Assembly: GCF_006345805.1 (NCBI RefSeq)
Contig: NC_043012.1
Location: 54,188,001-54,252,000 of the forward strand
DNA: 64,000 nucleotides
Reading direction: 5' to 3'
DNA from: Octopus sinensis
Taxonomy: Eukaryota
Of this stretch, positions 11,825 to 24,880 are shown in pieces. The notes beneath the pieces are model-generated. The model searched no databases. It saw only the letters and a program-made list of their open reading frames with translations, and was not told the DNA's origin. Both the position numbers and the translations under genes were made by a program. Position 1 is the stretch's first letter. Every line of letters starts with the position of its first letter.

Positions 11825-13369
11825 CAGGGCTGTCCTTGCACCTACAAATGCAGTTGTCACCACTCTTAACTACGACTTACTCAGTAAACTACCTTCTCAA
11901 GAATGTTGTTACAGATCAGTTGACACCGTTACCGACATCGATCAGGTTACACACTTTCCAACAGAATTTCTCAAATCCCAACATCTTCCACGACTCCCTC
12001 CCCATGAACTTCACTTAAAAGTCGGTTGCCCTGTCATCCTTCTACGCAATTAGAACGCACCCACACTATGCAATGGAACTCGCCCTGTGGTCAAACAAAT
12101 GATGGACTACGTCATTGGCGCCCAAATTATGAGGGGTCACGGAAAAAAACGTTACCGTTTTTTTCCGAAAATTCTGTTAACCCCACCAGACTACCGTATG
12201 TGGAGACTGCAGTTCCCTCTCAAACTCAGCTTTACCATGACAATAAACAAAGCACAAGATAAATCACTGAAAGCTATCAGATTGAACCTTCGAACGTCAT
12301 GCTTTTCCCATGGACAGTTCTACGTTGGTTGTTCCAGAGTTGATCATCAAGACGCATGGCCCAGTGGTTAGAGTGTCGATCTTCCGATCGTGAAATTGTG
12401 TGTTCGAATCCCAGACTGAGCTGTGTGTTGTGTTCTTGAGCAAGACACTTTATTTCACGTTGCTCCAGTTAACTCAGCTGTAGAAATGAGTTGCGACTTC
12501 ACAGGTGCCAAGCTGTATCGGCCCCTTTTCCTTTCCCTTGGATAACACTGGTGGCGTGGAGAGAGGAGGCCGGTATACATGGGTGACTGCTGGTCTTCCA
12601 TAAAACAACTTTGCCAGGACTTGTGCCTGGGAGGGCAACTTTCTAGGTGCAATCCCATAATCATTCATGATCGAAGGGGGTCTCAGCAGAACATCGAGAC
12701 AACTTATTCATTTATACTCCCGAAGGAAACACCAAAAATGACGTCTACAAAGCAGCCCTACAGTAGCTACTCCTCTACTACAATCTTCACATCTACACCA
12801 AACTGTAGCCATTAGCAATCAGACTCCCTTGAAGCATTTCACTGATATTTTGCTTCATTTCCAAGATTGGTGTTAACAGTACATTTCCTTCAATGACCCA
12901 TCTTACTTCACGTACGCTGTTCGCTCATAAGCGTGCTCTGACATTTATTTTTGTACATGCCATTATTCTATTTGTGTGTTTGCTATAAATGTTTGCTTTT
13001 GATTATCTTACATGATTTTCATTGGAAAAAAAGCTGCAATGCGGTTTTGTCAGGCATCACGGATAAAATAACTACATGCTACAAAAGGCTTTCAGGAAGA
13101 CATAGGGTTCCTAATGCCTGCTGCAATTGCGATCTCATTTCATGGAGTTTCATTTATTACTAACTGCCAAATTTGTGTTCAAAAATTTGTCTTCATTACC
13201 TAGGTTGCTTAATACCATATAATAAACTGCTAACGAAATTGGTAATTATACATTTTACGTTTATCAACTTGAAACGACTTCTAACTGCGGTTTAATTCAA
13301 CTTAAACCGTCCAAAGTAGTGCGCCATTATAATAAATTACACCGTCCAAAGGACGGGAACGTTTGCTAG
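11825..13369 (+). mobile_element. Helitron remnant: Pif1-like helicase C-terminus plus 3' terminus, interrupted by a SINE
   Basis: RAVLAPTN...FPTEFLKS...LPPHELHLKVGCPVILLRN*...LCNGTR...QFPLKLSFTMTINKAQ...CFSHGQFYVGCSRV, resuming after the SINE as DNLFIYTPEGNTKNDVYKAALQ* (stop 12764-66); 3' hairpin CCGTCC-AAA-GGACGG (13342-56) then CTAG|T (13366-70). Confidence 0.92.
12354..12691 (+). mobile_element. CORE-like tRNA SINE (tail variant D) inserted in the helicase
   Basis: Head GCATGGCCCAGTGGTTAGAG..GTTCGAATCCC; core TTGAGCAAGACACTTTATTTCACGTTGCTCCAGTTAACTCAGCTGTAGAAATGAG; TSD CATC(A/G)AGAC at 12345-53 and 12692-700. Confidence 0.85.
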
Positions 13370-13399
13370 TATAATACATATATATATATATATATATTA

Positions 13400-13455
<56 letters not shown>

Positions 13456-13508
13456 TGTGTGTGTGTGTGTTGTGTGTGTGTGTGTATATAACATTACATT
13501 TATCAGTG

Positions 13509-13552
<44 letters not shown>

Positions 13553-13566
13553 GATACACACACACT

Positions 13567-13598
<32 letters not shown>

Positions 13599-14158
13599 CT
13601 AATATATCTGTTTATGTAAATGCGAGTGTGTGCGCGCGAGCGTGTTTGTGTGGGAGTGTGGGGGCGTGGGTGGGTGTTACAAAACTAAACGAAGACGATT
13701 GATGAACTGCTAATTAAATGAGAATTCACAAGTTTTACACTCCATAGAATATACATTACTACCTGAGCAGAAGTATTTCTTATTGCTATATTGGTCAATT
13801 GGTCAAATTGGTTAGTTGGTCAATGTATTTGATGCTGTACATATTTCGGATCTTCCTGAACTCATTTCCACCTCGTTTAAGGAGATTAGTGTGGGAGCAT
13901 TTTATTTTTGACGCCGATTTAAGCTTTACAGCTGTATCGCGACGTCGTTATCGTAATCATCATCGTCGGCGTCGTTGTTTAGACTCAAGTCAATACAGAT
14001 CTAGTGAACCCGACTAATGGCATTCCAACTATGACCATCCTGGTTGAGAAACATATGAACATATGTGTGTGGATGTGTACATATGTATTATACATAAGGG
14101 ATTATACACATGTATCTATGTAAATGTATTCATTCACACAGACGTATATACGTGTGTG

Positions 14159-14203
<45 letters not shown>

Positions 14204-14204
14204 G

Positions 14205-14260
<56 letters not shown>

Positions 14261-14262
<2 letters not shown>

Positions 14263-14420
14263 GGAGTAAACACATAAATGTGAAACAAGGTGGAAAAAAA
14301 GAGTACTCAAATACCAGTGGTAGAGTAATATGCTTTATTTAAAGCAAAAACTGTCCGATGAACGGCAACTCGAAACTCAGAGTAACAGGTTTTGTAGAAT
14401 TTTCTGCTGCTTTAAATAAA

Positions 14421-14421
<1 letters not shown>
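14261..14421 (+). mobile_element. Short (TA)n-embedded element with 14-bp inverted repeat, probable PLE terminal derivative
   Basis: Flanked by (TA)n on both sides; CTTTATTTAAAGCA (14333-46) and TGCTTTAAATAAAG (14408-21) are perfect inverted repeats enclosing a hammerhead-like motif. Confidence 0.6.
14346..14393 (+). ncRNA. Candidate minimal hammerhead ribozyme (C4 core variant, GUA site)
   Basis: AAAAACUGU-CCGAUGA-ACGGCAACUC-GAAA-CUCAGAG-UA-ACAGGUUUU; helix I 8/9 bp, near-palindromic helix III, weak helix II. Confidence 0.6.
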
Positions 14422-14492
<71 letters not shown>

Positions 14493-14568
14493 CATATAGA
14501 TAGATAGATATATTAGTACACATATATATATAGATAGATAGATATATTAGTATATATATATATATTAG

Positions 14569-14607
<39 letters not shown>

Positions 14608-16069
14608 ATGTATGTATATATGCACGCATATATGTATGTATGCATGTATGTATGTATGTATGTATGCATGTATGCATGTATGTATGTATATGATGGAGTT
14701 TGAACATTGCACCTATTTTATTTCAACCAGAAGCCCTTCTTATTCCAATATGTATTAATTTCAATGTTAAACGCTCCTTCTTTGACCCTCAAGTATATTT
14801 TTGATCAGGGATATACTGTACTCATTGTATATGCATTCTGCACTACTTAAACACCAAGAATGTAGCCTTAAAACTGCCTTTCTATTGCATCCTTGATCTT
14901 GAAGTTGACTCCCCTGTTCATCTCAACCAATATTTAAATCTATATTCGCTTATCAAACCACCATTATCTCCTGTTTAATCTTCACACCGGAGGTTATAAC
15001 CCACTCAACTAATTCATTTTCTAATATTTAAAATATTTCGTATGTAGGTTACGCTAGCTTCATATTTGAATTATACAACTTTGAATATACTACACTTAAG
15101 AAAACTGTAGCTAAATGTCGTCGTTTTGGTGGGGGGTGGGAGTTCCTAACCTTTTTACGACTACAAACCTTCAAAGTATTACCCACAATGTCCCTACACT
15201 CCCTTCGCCAGCCTATGGAAGTCATCATAATCGTCACTATAATCGGTATTATTTAGGTGGTAGTACAACTTCAAAAGACACCAATGTTTTACATATGGAT
15301 AACCAGAGACAGAACAGGAAGCAAAATCATAAGAATTTCTCTATATTTATTTTCAGAAAACGATACAAGAGATCGAGTCCCATACCCACAGCCTTTGGTT
15401 CCCATATCCCTACGGGGTACGATTACTTCTCATTCCGGTTAAGAACCCCCGCAGTGTTAACTGAACTTCCCCGCCAAAACCAAGTGATATCTTATCTATA
15501 GTTATCATATTGCACTCTTCTTTCTGTATTTGCTTGTTTAATATCATATAACAGTGTTCTTACTTAGCACGTGCACACGTATTTTCATACGGTTATATTT
15601 GTATTCTTTTTTAATACTAAGATATCGTTTCACTTCTATATTTTTCAAATGTTATCCCTCAAATTGAAACATGTTCAAAACAAGCCAATGAGACATCCTT
15701 CTTTATAATATCACTCAACCTGTTAGAAATAGCAGCTAGATCTCGTTGCTATCACAATTTAACGCTTAGATAGTGATATGAAGGTATGGTCACGGCTAGG
15801 CTTCTTTTACCTTGAGGTTGTTTCAGTAGAGTAGCTTGAGGTGAGGATGATAGGGGATAGCCACACCTGGATGGCACTTTTATGGTGGATGTGGAAATTT
15901 TGGGTCCACTGTAGAAACTTGTAAGGGGTGTGCGGCAAATTCAAGGGGTGCCTTGGGTGGCACACACTCTAGCCACACCACTGTGCTGTTCGATTGTGAA
16001 TGATCAAGATACACTAGTCTAAAAAAAAATGGCAGAATTGTTATATGTCTCTCTTTGAGGGAGTCCGTC

Positions 16070-16330
16070 AATTACGATGACGAGAGTTCCAGTTCATCCG
16101 ATCAACGAACAGCCTGCTTGGGAAATCAACGTGCAAGTACCTGAGCATTCAACTGACATGCATACCTTTAAAAAAGTTCTCAGGCAGATTCAGCGTGACA
16201 CAGGATGGGACAAGGCTAGCCCTTTGAATTGCAGTTACTGCTCATTTTTACCAGCTGGATCGACTAAAGCAACATGAAATAAAGTGAATTGCTGAAGGAC
16301 AGAACGCTTTCGATCGTGAGCCAAATCTTC
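16070..16330 (-). mobile_element. CORE-like tRNA SINE (tail variant E), degenerate
   Basis: Homologous to 61620-61922 (TACGATGACGAGAGTTCCAGTTCATCCGATCAACG...GCAACATGAAATAAAGTG). Confidence 0.7.
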
Positions 16331-16380
16331 AATCATAAGTCTGCGCGGCCGAAGTTAATCTGGAGCTAAGCAACAGCAAC

Positions 16381-16801
16381 ATACTCTTTACTCTTTTACT
16401 CTTTTACATGTTTCAGTCATTTGACTGTGGCCCTGCTGGAGCACCGCCTTTAGTCAAGCAAATCGACCCCGGGACTTATTCTTTGTATGCCAAGTACTTA
16501 TTCAATCGGTCTCTTTTGCCGAACCGCTAAGTTACAGGGACGTAAACACACCTCCATCGGTTGTCAAGCAATGTTGGGGTGAGGGGACAAACACAGACAC
16601 ACAAACATACACACACACATACATATATGTACATATATACGACGGGCGTCTTTCAGTTTCTGTCTACCAAATCCACTCAAAAGGCTTTGGTCGGCCCGAG
16701 GCTATAGTAGAAGACACTTGCCCAAGCTGCCACGCAGTGGGAATGAACCCGGCACCATGTGGTTCGTAAGCAAGCTATTTACCACACAGCCACTCTTGCG
16801 C
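16381..16801 (-). mobile_element. SINE family A, full length
   Basis: tRNA-like head, CCTCGGGCCGACCAAAGCC body, internal TA/TG microsatellite, (GAGTAAAA)n tail. Confidence 0.9.
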
Positions 16802-17779
16802 ATGTTCAAATTTAATATGGTATGTACACTATCTTTTTTAATTTATTCGTATTCTATTCATTCTCCTCCGTTTTCCCATGCCCTGTTTTCATAGATTTGC
16901 TTGCTGCTCAAACAATCCTTCCCCCTTGGGCCTAGTGTAACTTTAGAAAATTCCTAGCAAATGGTTTTTTCTAATTAGAAACAGAAATTCTAACAAACAC
17001 GTTATTCTTCCAAATCTTTTACTGTTCACTAAATGGAGTCCAAGGCCATCCTTACAAAACACTGCTGTCGCAAGCACATTGAGCCGCTAGGTTTGCGCGC
17101 TGTTTTAAAAGATCGGTTTCTTTATAGACAGACCTCGTACATTATGAAAATAATAAGCGACGAATTGGCAGAACTGTTAATGCCTCGGACAAAATGCTTG
17201 ATGGCATTACTTCCAGCGATTTACTTTCTAAGTTTAAATTCCGCCGAGGTCAACTTTGTCATTCGTCCTTCGGATGTCGATATAATAAGTACGAACTAAA
17301 GACGGCGGGTGGTGGGGGGGGATAATGTAATCGACTAGCGCAAAGTAATCTTCCCTCAAAATTGCCTGGGAGCAATTTAATCTCCTCTCAACATTCCTGG
17401 TCTGAAGCCAAAATTTGAAACCATATCAGAAAGGAAAATATATGAGTCTTAATTGACTTCTTTTATTTATTTATTTATTTAATCAGATTTGGTTTCGTAG
17501 AAATAAGGCGTAGGATGTGAATGAATTTAGATTCGAATAGTAGCGATGTGATTTGGGAAATTTTGTAAGATGCTGGATGAGATGGGATGGAATATGATAT
17601 GACATGCAATAGAAGATTATTTGGTGTAGCATGAATGGCGATGAATATTATATAATGGGATAATATAATATTCAAGTGAGAAATGAGAGATATCAGCCTC
17701 CTGTCGACCCGACACACGAGGAAAGCTGAACGAGGTCGGTCAACCTGCTTGAAGGAAGGGAAGCGGTGGGGGAAGGCGG

Positions 17780-17899
17780 AGAAGAAGAAGAAGAAGAAGA
17801 AGAAGAAGAAGAAGAAAAGAAGAGGAGGAGGAGAAGGAGGAAGGTCGTGGAGAGGGAGAAAGGTGGTTGAAGAGAAGAGTAGTAGTAGTAGTAGTAGTG

Positions 17900-17952
<53 letters not shown>

Positions 17953-18004
17953 GGTGGTGGTGGTGGTGGTGGTGGTGGTGGCGGTGGTGGTAGTTGTTGT
18001 TCTT

Positions 18005-18045
<41 letters not shown>

Positions 18046-18213
18046 TGTAGAAGAAGAAATAGAATAAGAAGAAAAAGAAATAGAAGAAATAGAAGAAAAA
18101 GAAAAAGGAGAAGAAGGAGAAGAAGAAGAAAAGAAGAGGAGGAGGAGAAGGAGGAAGGTCGTGGAGGGGGAGAAAGGTGGTTGAAGAGAAGAGGAGTAGT
18201 AGTAGTAGTAGTG

Positions 18214-18263
<50 letters not shown>

Positions 18264-18312
18264 GGTGTTGGTGGTGGAAGTGGTGGCGGCGGTGGTGGTA
18301 GTTGTTGTTCTT

Positions 18313-18356
<44 letters not shown>

Positions 18357-18612
18357 TGTAGAAGAAGAAATAGAATAAGAAGAAAAAGAAATAGAAGAAA
18401 TAGAAGAAAAAGAAAAAGGAGAAGGAGAAGAAATAGAAGAAGAAGAAGAAGAAGAAGAAGAAGAAGAAGAAGAAGAAGAAGAACAAGAACAAGAACAAGA
18501 AGAACAAGAAGAAGAAGAAGAAGAACAAGAACAAGAACAAGAAGAACAAGAACAAGAAGAACAAGAAGAACAAGAAGAAGAAGAACAACAACAACAACGA
18601 CAACAACAACGC
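17780..18612. repeat. Compound triplet array (GAA/GGA/AGT/GGT) with ~314-bp tandem duplication
   Basis: AGAGGAGGAGGAGAAGGAGGAAGGTCGTGG...GAAAGGTGGTTGAAGAGAAGAG recurs at 17821 and 18135. Confidence 0.92.
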
Positions 18613-18924
18613 GGACGTGTTAGAGGGTGCACTTGTATTCTGCTCTCATAGAATATTCTAAACATTGATGATAAAACTTCATGACGGCGGTGATGGGGAT
18701 AATCGTAGTGTTGTTGCAGTTGCTATAGCTTAACCCTTCGATTTACACTGATTCATCCGGTTTGCTGTATTATCAAGGGCTACATTAGCAAATGTGTCCC
18801 TTCCTCTTCGATATTTTAACGTGTGATTTCAGAGAGATTTAACTGTTGATTTTTAGCAGGTTGACCGACTACGTCAGGTTTTTCCCAGCGTGGATTGCTT
18901 GTGACACTGATATCTTTCGCTTGA

Positions 18925-19000
18925 ATATTATATTATATTATATTATATTATATTATATTATATTATATTATATTATATTATATTACATTATATTATATTA
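18925..19000. repeat. (TATTA)n pentanucleotide microsatellite
   Basis: Directly visible. Confidence 0.9.
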
Positions 19001-20454
19001 TCTTGTTATATAATGTTCCTCGCTCTTCACGGTACACCAAGTAATAATATTCCATTGCACATCATATCATATTCCATCCCATCTCATTTCAACATCTCAA
19101 CATCTCAACGCCTAATTTCAGCGAAACCAAAATCTGATTGAATTTTTAGCAAAAGGCATCGAGGAAACATGGTTTTATTTTCTAGTAAATAAAGCATATA
19201 TTACGTATTCTGGGTGTTATCAATGAACACAAGAAGAATCGAGCTTTTGAGGGAGATTTTTCTTATTGTTGTTTCTGTTTTATTGTTTTGTTTTCTTTCT
19301 GCCGGATTGTAGAAAAAGAGACATTTGAAACATGCGAACTTGAAACCACTCTAAACCGTTTCTGTTCGCCACGCAACATTCTCTTTTCCTTTTCGCTTTT
19401 TTTTTACCTTTATTTAGACAAAAGGCTCTCACTTGAAATGATTTTATTCGTGTTATCCTCAAAGAAAAAAAAATCAAATTTGTTTCTATTGTATGGATGG
19501 GGGTATGAATTCTGAGAACATTTAAAAGAAGATCTGAATGCTGAAGGGAATTAATTGCCGAATGTGGTACAAAAGAAGAAAGAATTTCAAGATACAATTT
19601 TCGCTGTGGTACAAAAGAAGAAAGAATTTCAAGATACAGTATTCGCTACCCTGATAGTGCTAATGAAGTTAGCACATTTTGATTTTTAAACTTGACACAA
19701 CACAACGCCACAAATGATGTGAGAGCGCAGTCGTCGTATTTGATCCAGTATATGACTGGTAATAACAATAACGACCCCTACAATAAGAAAGGATAAAATT
19801 AACCTCGGCGTAGGTTGCAATATTTCTAAATAACAGCAATATGTATATAAATGGGGGAAAAACTATTTACTGTATCAAAATTATATGTTCACCTTGTATT
19901 TACACCTGTAATGCAATTTGACACGTATATGTGTCAATCAAATAAAAGTTATTTGCCGCTGCTTAGGACTTTTATGTCAGGTTATATCAAAAACTTTCTA
20001 CTACAAGTAATCAGAGCTACTTATTTCATAGTCGGTCATTGGCGATTAAAATGGTGACTCAATTCTTGGGTGTCGCCATTATGTATGATGCGTGAATGGA
20101 CTTTCAGACAATACAAACAAAACCCCGATATTTGTCTACAAGGGTGTGTAATTCAACAAAGAGTCAATGACCAAGCATGAACCTCACAAATGGAGTGGGG
20201 GCCCCATTGTTGGTGAATCTCTTCACCTCTGCACCTGATTGTCTTCCTCTCTCCCTTGTTTTTCCTCTGACACCGAGAGAAACCCCTTAATATATGCAAA
20301 GACCATCCAAAGTGGCTTAAATCAGTTAGCGATAGCCATATTATCGGAAACGACAGATGCGTGCCGTTCTCTTCCATTTGTATCACAATGATGCTCTACT
20401 TTGTAAATGTAAGCAAATTTAATATTGCTTTCAAATTATGTCATAAGGCCAACA

Positions 20455-20660
20455 ATTTCGGGGAAGGAGTTAAATTGATTACATTGACTCCATACTGGTA
20501 CTTATTTTATCGATCCAGAAAGTATTATACTGTACTTATTTTATCGACCTCGAAAAGATGAAAAGCAAAGTCAACCTCGGTGGAAGTCGAAGTCAGAACA
20601 TAAAGCCGAAGTGCCGCAAAGCATTTTGCCCGGCAAGCTAACGATTCTACTAGCTCACTG
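20455..20660 (-). mobile_element. SINE family C (tail variant C2), degenerate
   Basis: TCGACCTCGAAAAGATGAAAAGCAAAGTCAACCTCGG is the reverse complement of the family C central domain. Confidence 0.7.
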
Positions 20661-21159
20661 TTTTGGAAACAAACTTAATATTACTGTACTGTAATGACTA
20701 CGGCGGTGCGCTGGCAGAATCGTTACTGCGTCGGACAAAACGCTTACCAGCATTTATTCCGGCTTTACGTTCAACGTTCAAGTTTCGTCGAGGTCGACTT
20801 TGCCTTTCATCCTTTTGGAGTCAATAAAATAAGTACACGCACGCACACACGTTGGTCATATGATTTTTCAGAAAGTTCACATACGTAACGCACAAAACGC
20901 ATACACACATGCATATATACATTCACACCCAACCCGTACACACTACTAATATTGTGTATGATCATACAATCGACTCACACTCACACACACACACACCTTC
21001 GTATCACACGTTTGATATCACTACAGCGTGTGAGGTGATGTGATTTCTTATCTCTCTCATTTCTGCTTCACAAACATAAGCATGTACACACACATATAGA
21101 CAAGCACGGAGACATATTTACACATATATATACACACACGCACATAAATGTGACTATAC

Positions 21160-21171
21160 ACACACACACAC

Positions 21172-21243
<72 letters not shown>

Positions 21244-21500
21244 ATATACATTATATATATATATATATATACATATGTACATACATATATATACATATAT
21301 ATATATATACATATATATACATATATATACATATGTACATACATATATATACATATATATATACATATGTACATACATATATACATATATATATACATAT
21401 ATATATACATATGTACATACATATATATACATATGTACATACATATATACATATATATATATTTATACATACATACATACACACATACATATACGTATTC
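21160..21500. repeat. Compound (TA)n/(TACA)n microsatellite
   Basis: Directly visible. Confidence 0.95.
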
Positions 21501-22037
21501 ATATATGTACTGTTGTGGGCATCAGCTAGAGTTATTTTTACTGCGTTAGACAAGGATCGAGTCCCTCCGGTATCATTAAATACACCCCTATCTGATCAAG
21601 ACAGCAATAAAATAAAACAAAGGCCCAAAGAACAGTGGATTTTTATGTTTGTGTTTGTTTGTTCTTTACTTTTTTTTTCGTCTTTCTCTCTCTGTTTTTT
21701 TTTTAATGTGCAATAAGTAAAACTTCAATGATATATAGATCAAGAATTTCATAATCGATATTTAGTTATAACAGGTCGTTTATGTGAGAAAATGTAGACA
21801 TGGTTCTTTTTTACTGGTGAAAATGGTGTTAAAAATGCTATTTCTAAATAAGGTTAATAGCTTTTAATTATTTTATTTCGTATATTTGCTGTAATTTCGG
21901 TTTTCTTTTTAGTATTTTTGTATTTTTGTATTTTTTTGTTTTTGTTTTTGTTTTCTTTACTTTCACTTTCAAAATCACACAAATACCGCTTCAGCTGTTG
22001 CTTCTGCTGTTACTATTGGTTGAGTTGGACAGTAGTA

Positions 22038-22119
<82 letters not shown>

Positions 22120-22641
22120 GGTGGTGGTGGTGGTGGTGGTGGTGGTGGTATTGTTATTGATGTTATTGTTTTCCGATAGCTCTGATTTTATCCCGCCGCC
22201 TATTTGAAACTTCAAACCGGCATTGTTTAAAATATAGTTTATTTTACTAAAGTTATTCTGGATAGTAAATCAAAGATACTTCCTCTTCTTTTTCTTTTTC
22301 CTTTTCCTTTTTTTTTTTTTTTTCGTTTTTGCGGTGTTAGGGAGAGGGAATCATCAATGTGTTTTGGGTATGCGTGTATAGTATTTGTAAATGTTTGTAC
22401 GTGTATGAGCATGTGTACGAGTGCGAATTTAATTTAGATCACTCTTTTATGATTTTACAACAAAAATACTTACTTTCGTTTGTTTTAATATAACTTTCTG
22501 TTTTTGTATTTTCCAAACCTTATGTAGCAAATTTATATGCACAATATATGCACTCAAAAAAAATACATATATATAATATATATAACATATATGTGCGTGT
22601 GTACGTGTGTACACATAACTATACATATATATATATATACA

Positions 22642-22672
<31 letters not shown>

Positions 22673-23262
22673 CAACGCTATCGTTTTTACTGCAATAGTT
22701 TCTCGTTCATTCTCATAAAGATTACGGCAGCTTCGCAATAGCCGTTCTTGTCTTCCATCTGTTTCCTGTTCCACCTAATCTTGATCTACGTTTAGTGTTA
22801 ATATCAAACGATGCCACCATTGATGTTTCATCTTTAGTAGCTTGTTTGAAGTTCCATTCGTTGAGGTGAACCTGAAAGACTCTGCAACGGAAGTCTGTCA
22901 GAATTCATCCAATGTTGGTCACATTTATAAACTTCAACACTTGTTAACTTCCTTCGACGAAGTGGCTTTTGAAAGTTTCCAAAGTTTTGTCTAACCATGA
23001 GAAATATTCCATCTTGGTAAAACACTTAAATAAAATGTCATGTGTTTCTGTAAAAATTACAGCTACATTGTAAATCTTAATGGAAGAAAAAGATCTGACT
23101 CAGGCTGTTCTACAAACTGCTCTGGGAGAAAAATGGCGGCACATTAACATGAAGAGTATACCAGGAGAACTTCAAAGTAGACTTGATAGAAAGAAAAGCT
23201 ACACCTCCTTCAAATTATACACTGCACTATCTTTAAAAAGAGCATATTTGATTTGATAATAT

Positions 23263-23578
23263 TTATTTTATTTATGCGCCCTTTTTCAAGCCTAGCCAAG
23301 CTCATGGGCCCGGTTTCCCGGTTTCTGTGGCGTATATGTTCCTCCCAGCTGGACGGGACGCCAGTCCATCACAGCGTTACTCAAGAAACAAGAAGAAAGA
23401 GTGAGAGAAAGTTGGGGCGAAAGAGTACAACAGGGGTCTCCAGCACCCCCTGCCGGAGCCTCGTGGAGCTTTTAGGTGTTTTCGCTCAATAAACACACAC
23501 AACGCCCGGTCTGGGAATCGAAACCGCGAACATCCGACCGCGAGTCCGCTGCCCTAACCACTGGGCCATTGTGCCTCC
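23263..23578 (-). mobile_element. SINE family B (tail variant 3) with 12-bp TSD
   Basis: Family B head and body; TSD ATTTGATAATAT at 23251-62 and 23580-91; (TAAA)n tail. Confidence 0.88.
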
Positions 23579-24705
23579 TATTTGATAATATAGCCCTTAA
23601 TAAACTCTGCCTGAAAGCAAAACACGACGGACACACATGGACGATCGTAAGTCTACACAAGTAGAAATGACCCGGAGTTACGCAACAATTTCAACAGTGC
23701 AGTAGATCGTCCCTGTGGCAGAAGGCTTGAGTTTAATACACGAGAATGGTGATTTTAGTATATCAAAATGGGTGGAAAAATTGATTGCTTGCATAGAGAA
23801 AACAACTTGGTTTAATATAGCGGGACACTGAAAAGACTGTGGCATGCATGCCTAATGAGAATACATGAGTGTCTTGATTGTGTAACAGAACATAAAATGC
23901 TTCAACTACAAGCGATTCGAATGTGTTATCTATAATTAACGTCGATCGCAAATCCACTTGGAAATAAATAGGATTCGTTTAAACAAATATAATGACACGA
24001 TTTGCTGATTAATCGAAATGAATAGTCTGTAGGTCATCTCGTATCTTTCCAAAGGCATTAGGCAGAGTAAATGAAGTATGGTTACTTCAGCTGAAAGTTG
24101 AAATCGGGTCGCAGACTCAGATCACCGAGTGCTAATAACAATACTTCGGGTCATATTAACCATTTGTGAACTGGCTTATGTTCGAAGCACATATTGCCAC
24201 GAAGTGAAATACCATCTGTATAACAGACTTATATTTTCGTAAGTTCAATCCCTGAGGTATACTACAACTATCCAGTAACTGGATTTTAAACAACTGCAAT
24301 GGAAGTGTGTCAGTGACTAGGTTGCAGACGAAACTTCTGACACTTCGCGAAGTGAATGGAAAGAGAATTTAGATGGTTGGAATGGTTCTTGTACGATATA
24401 ATGGTTTCAGTTTCAAGATACAATCTCAAATTTCAAACGAGAACAACTCCGAAATATGTGTATACAACTCCGAAATAAATACTTGTGTACTTGTATGTAT
24501 AGATGTCTGTATGGATGTGTGTATGTATGAATGTGTGTGTGTGCGTACGCATGCGTGTGCGTGTGTGTATAGATAGAAAGATTGATAGAATATATATACA
24601 CACACACACTTATACATGCAAACGTATGTGCGTATAGAGATAGAGACAGACAGACAGGGAAATATATAGATAGATAGATATGAAATAGATACGTATATAT
24701 GTATG

Positions 24706-24762
<57 letters not shown>

Positions 24763-24818
24763 ATATATCAGTACATACATATATGCATACATACTTACAT
24801 ACATATATACTTATATAC

Positions 24819-24880
<62 letters not shown>

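Noticed and set aside
17475-18665. 396-aa and 289-aa ORFs
   Set aside because: Entirely triplet-repeat derived, with no domain content.
23080-23256. 58-aa ORF MEEKDLTQAVLQTALGEKW...
   Set aside because: Short, with no recognisable homology or splice support.
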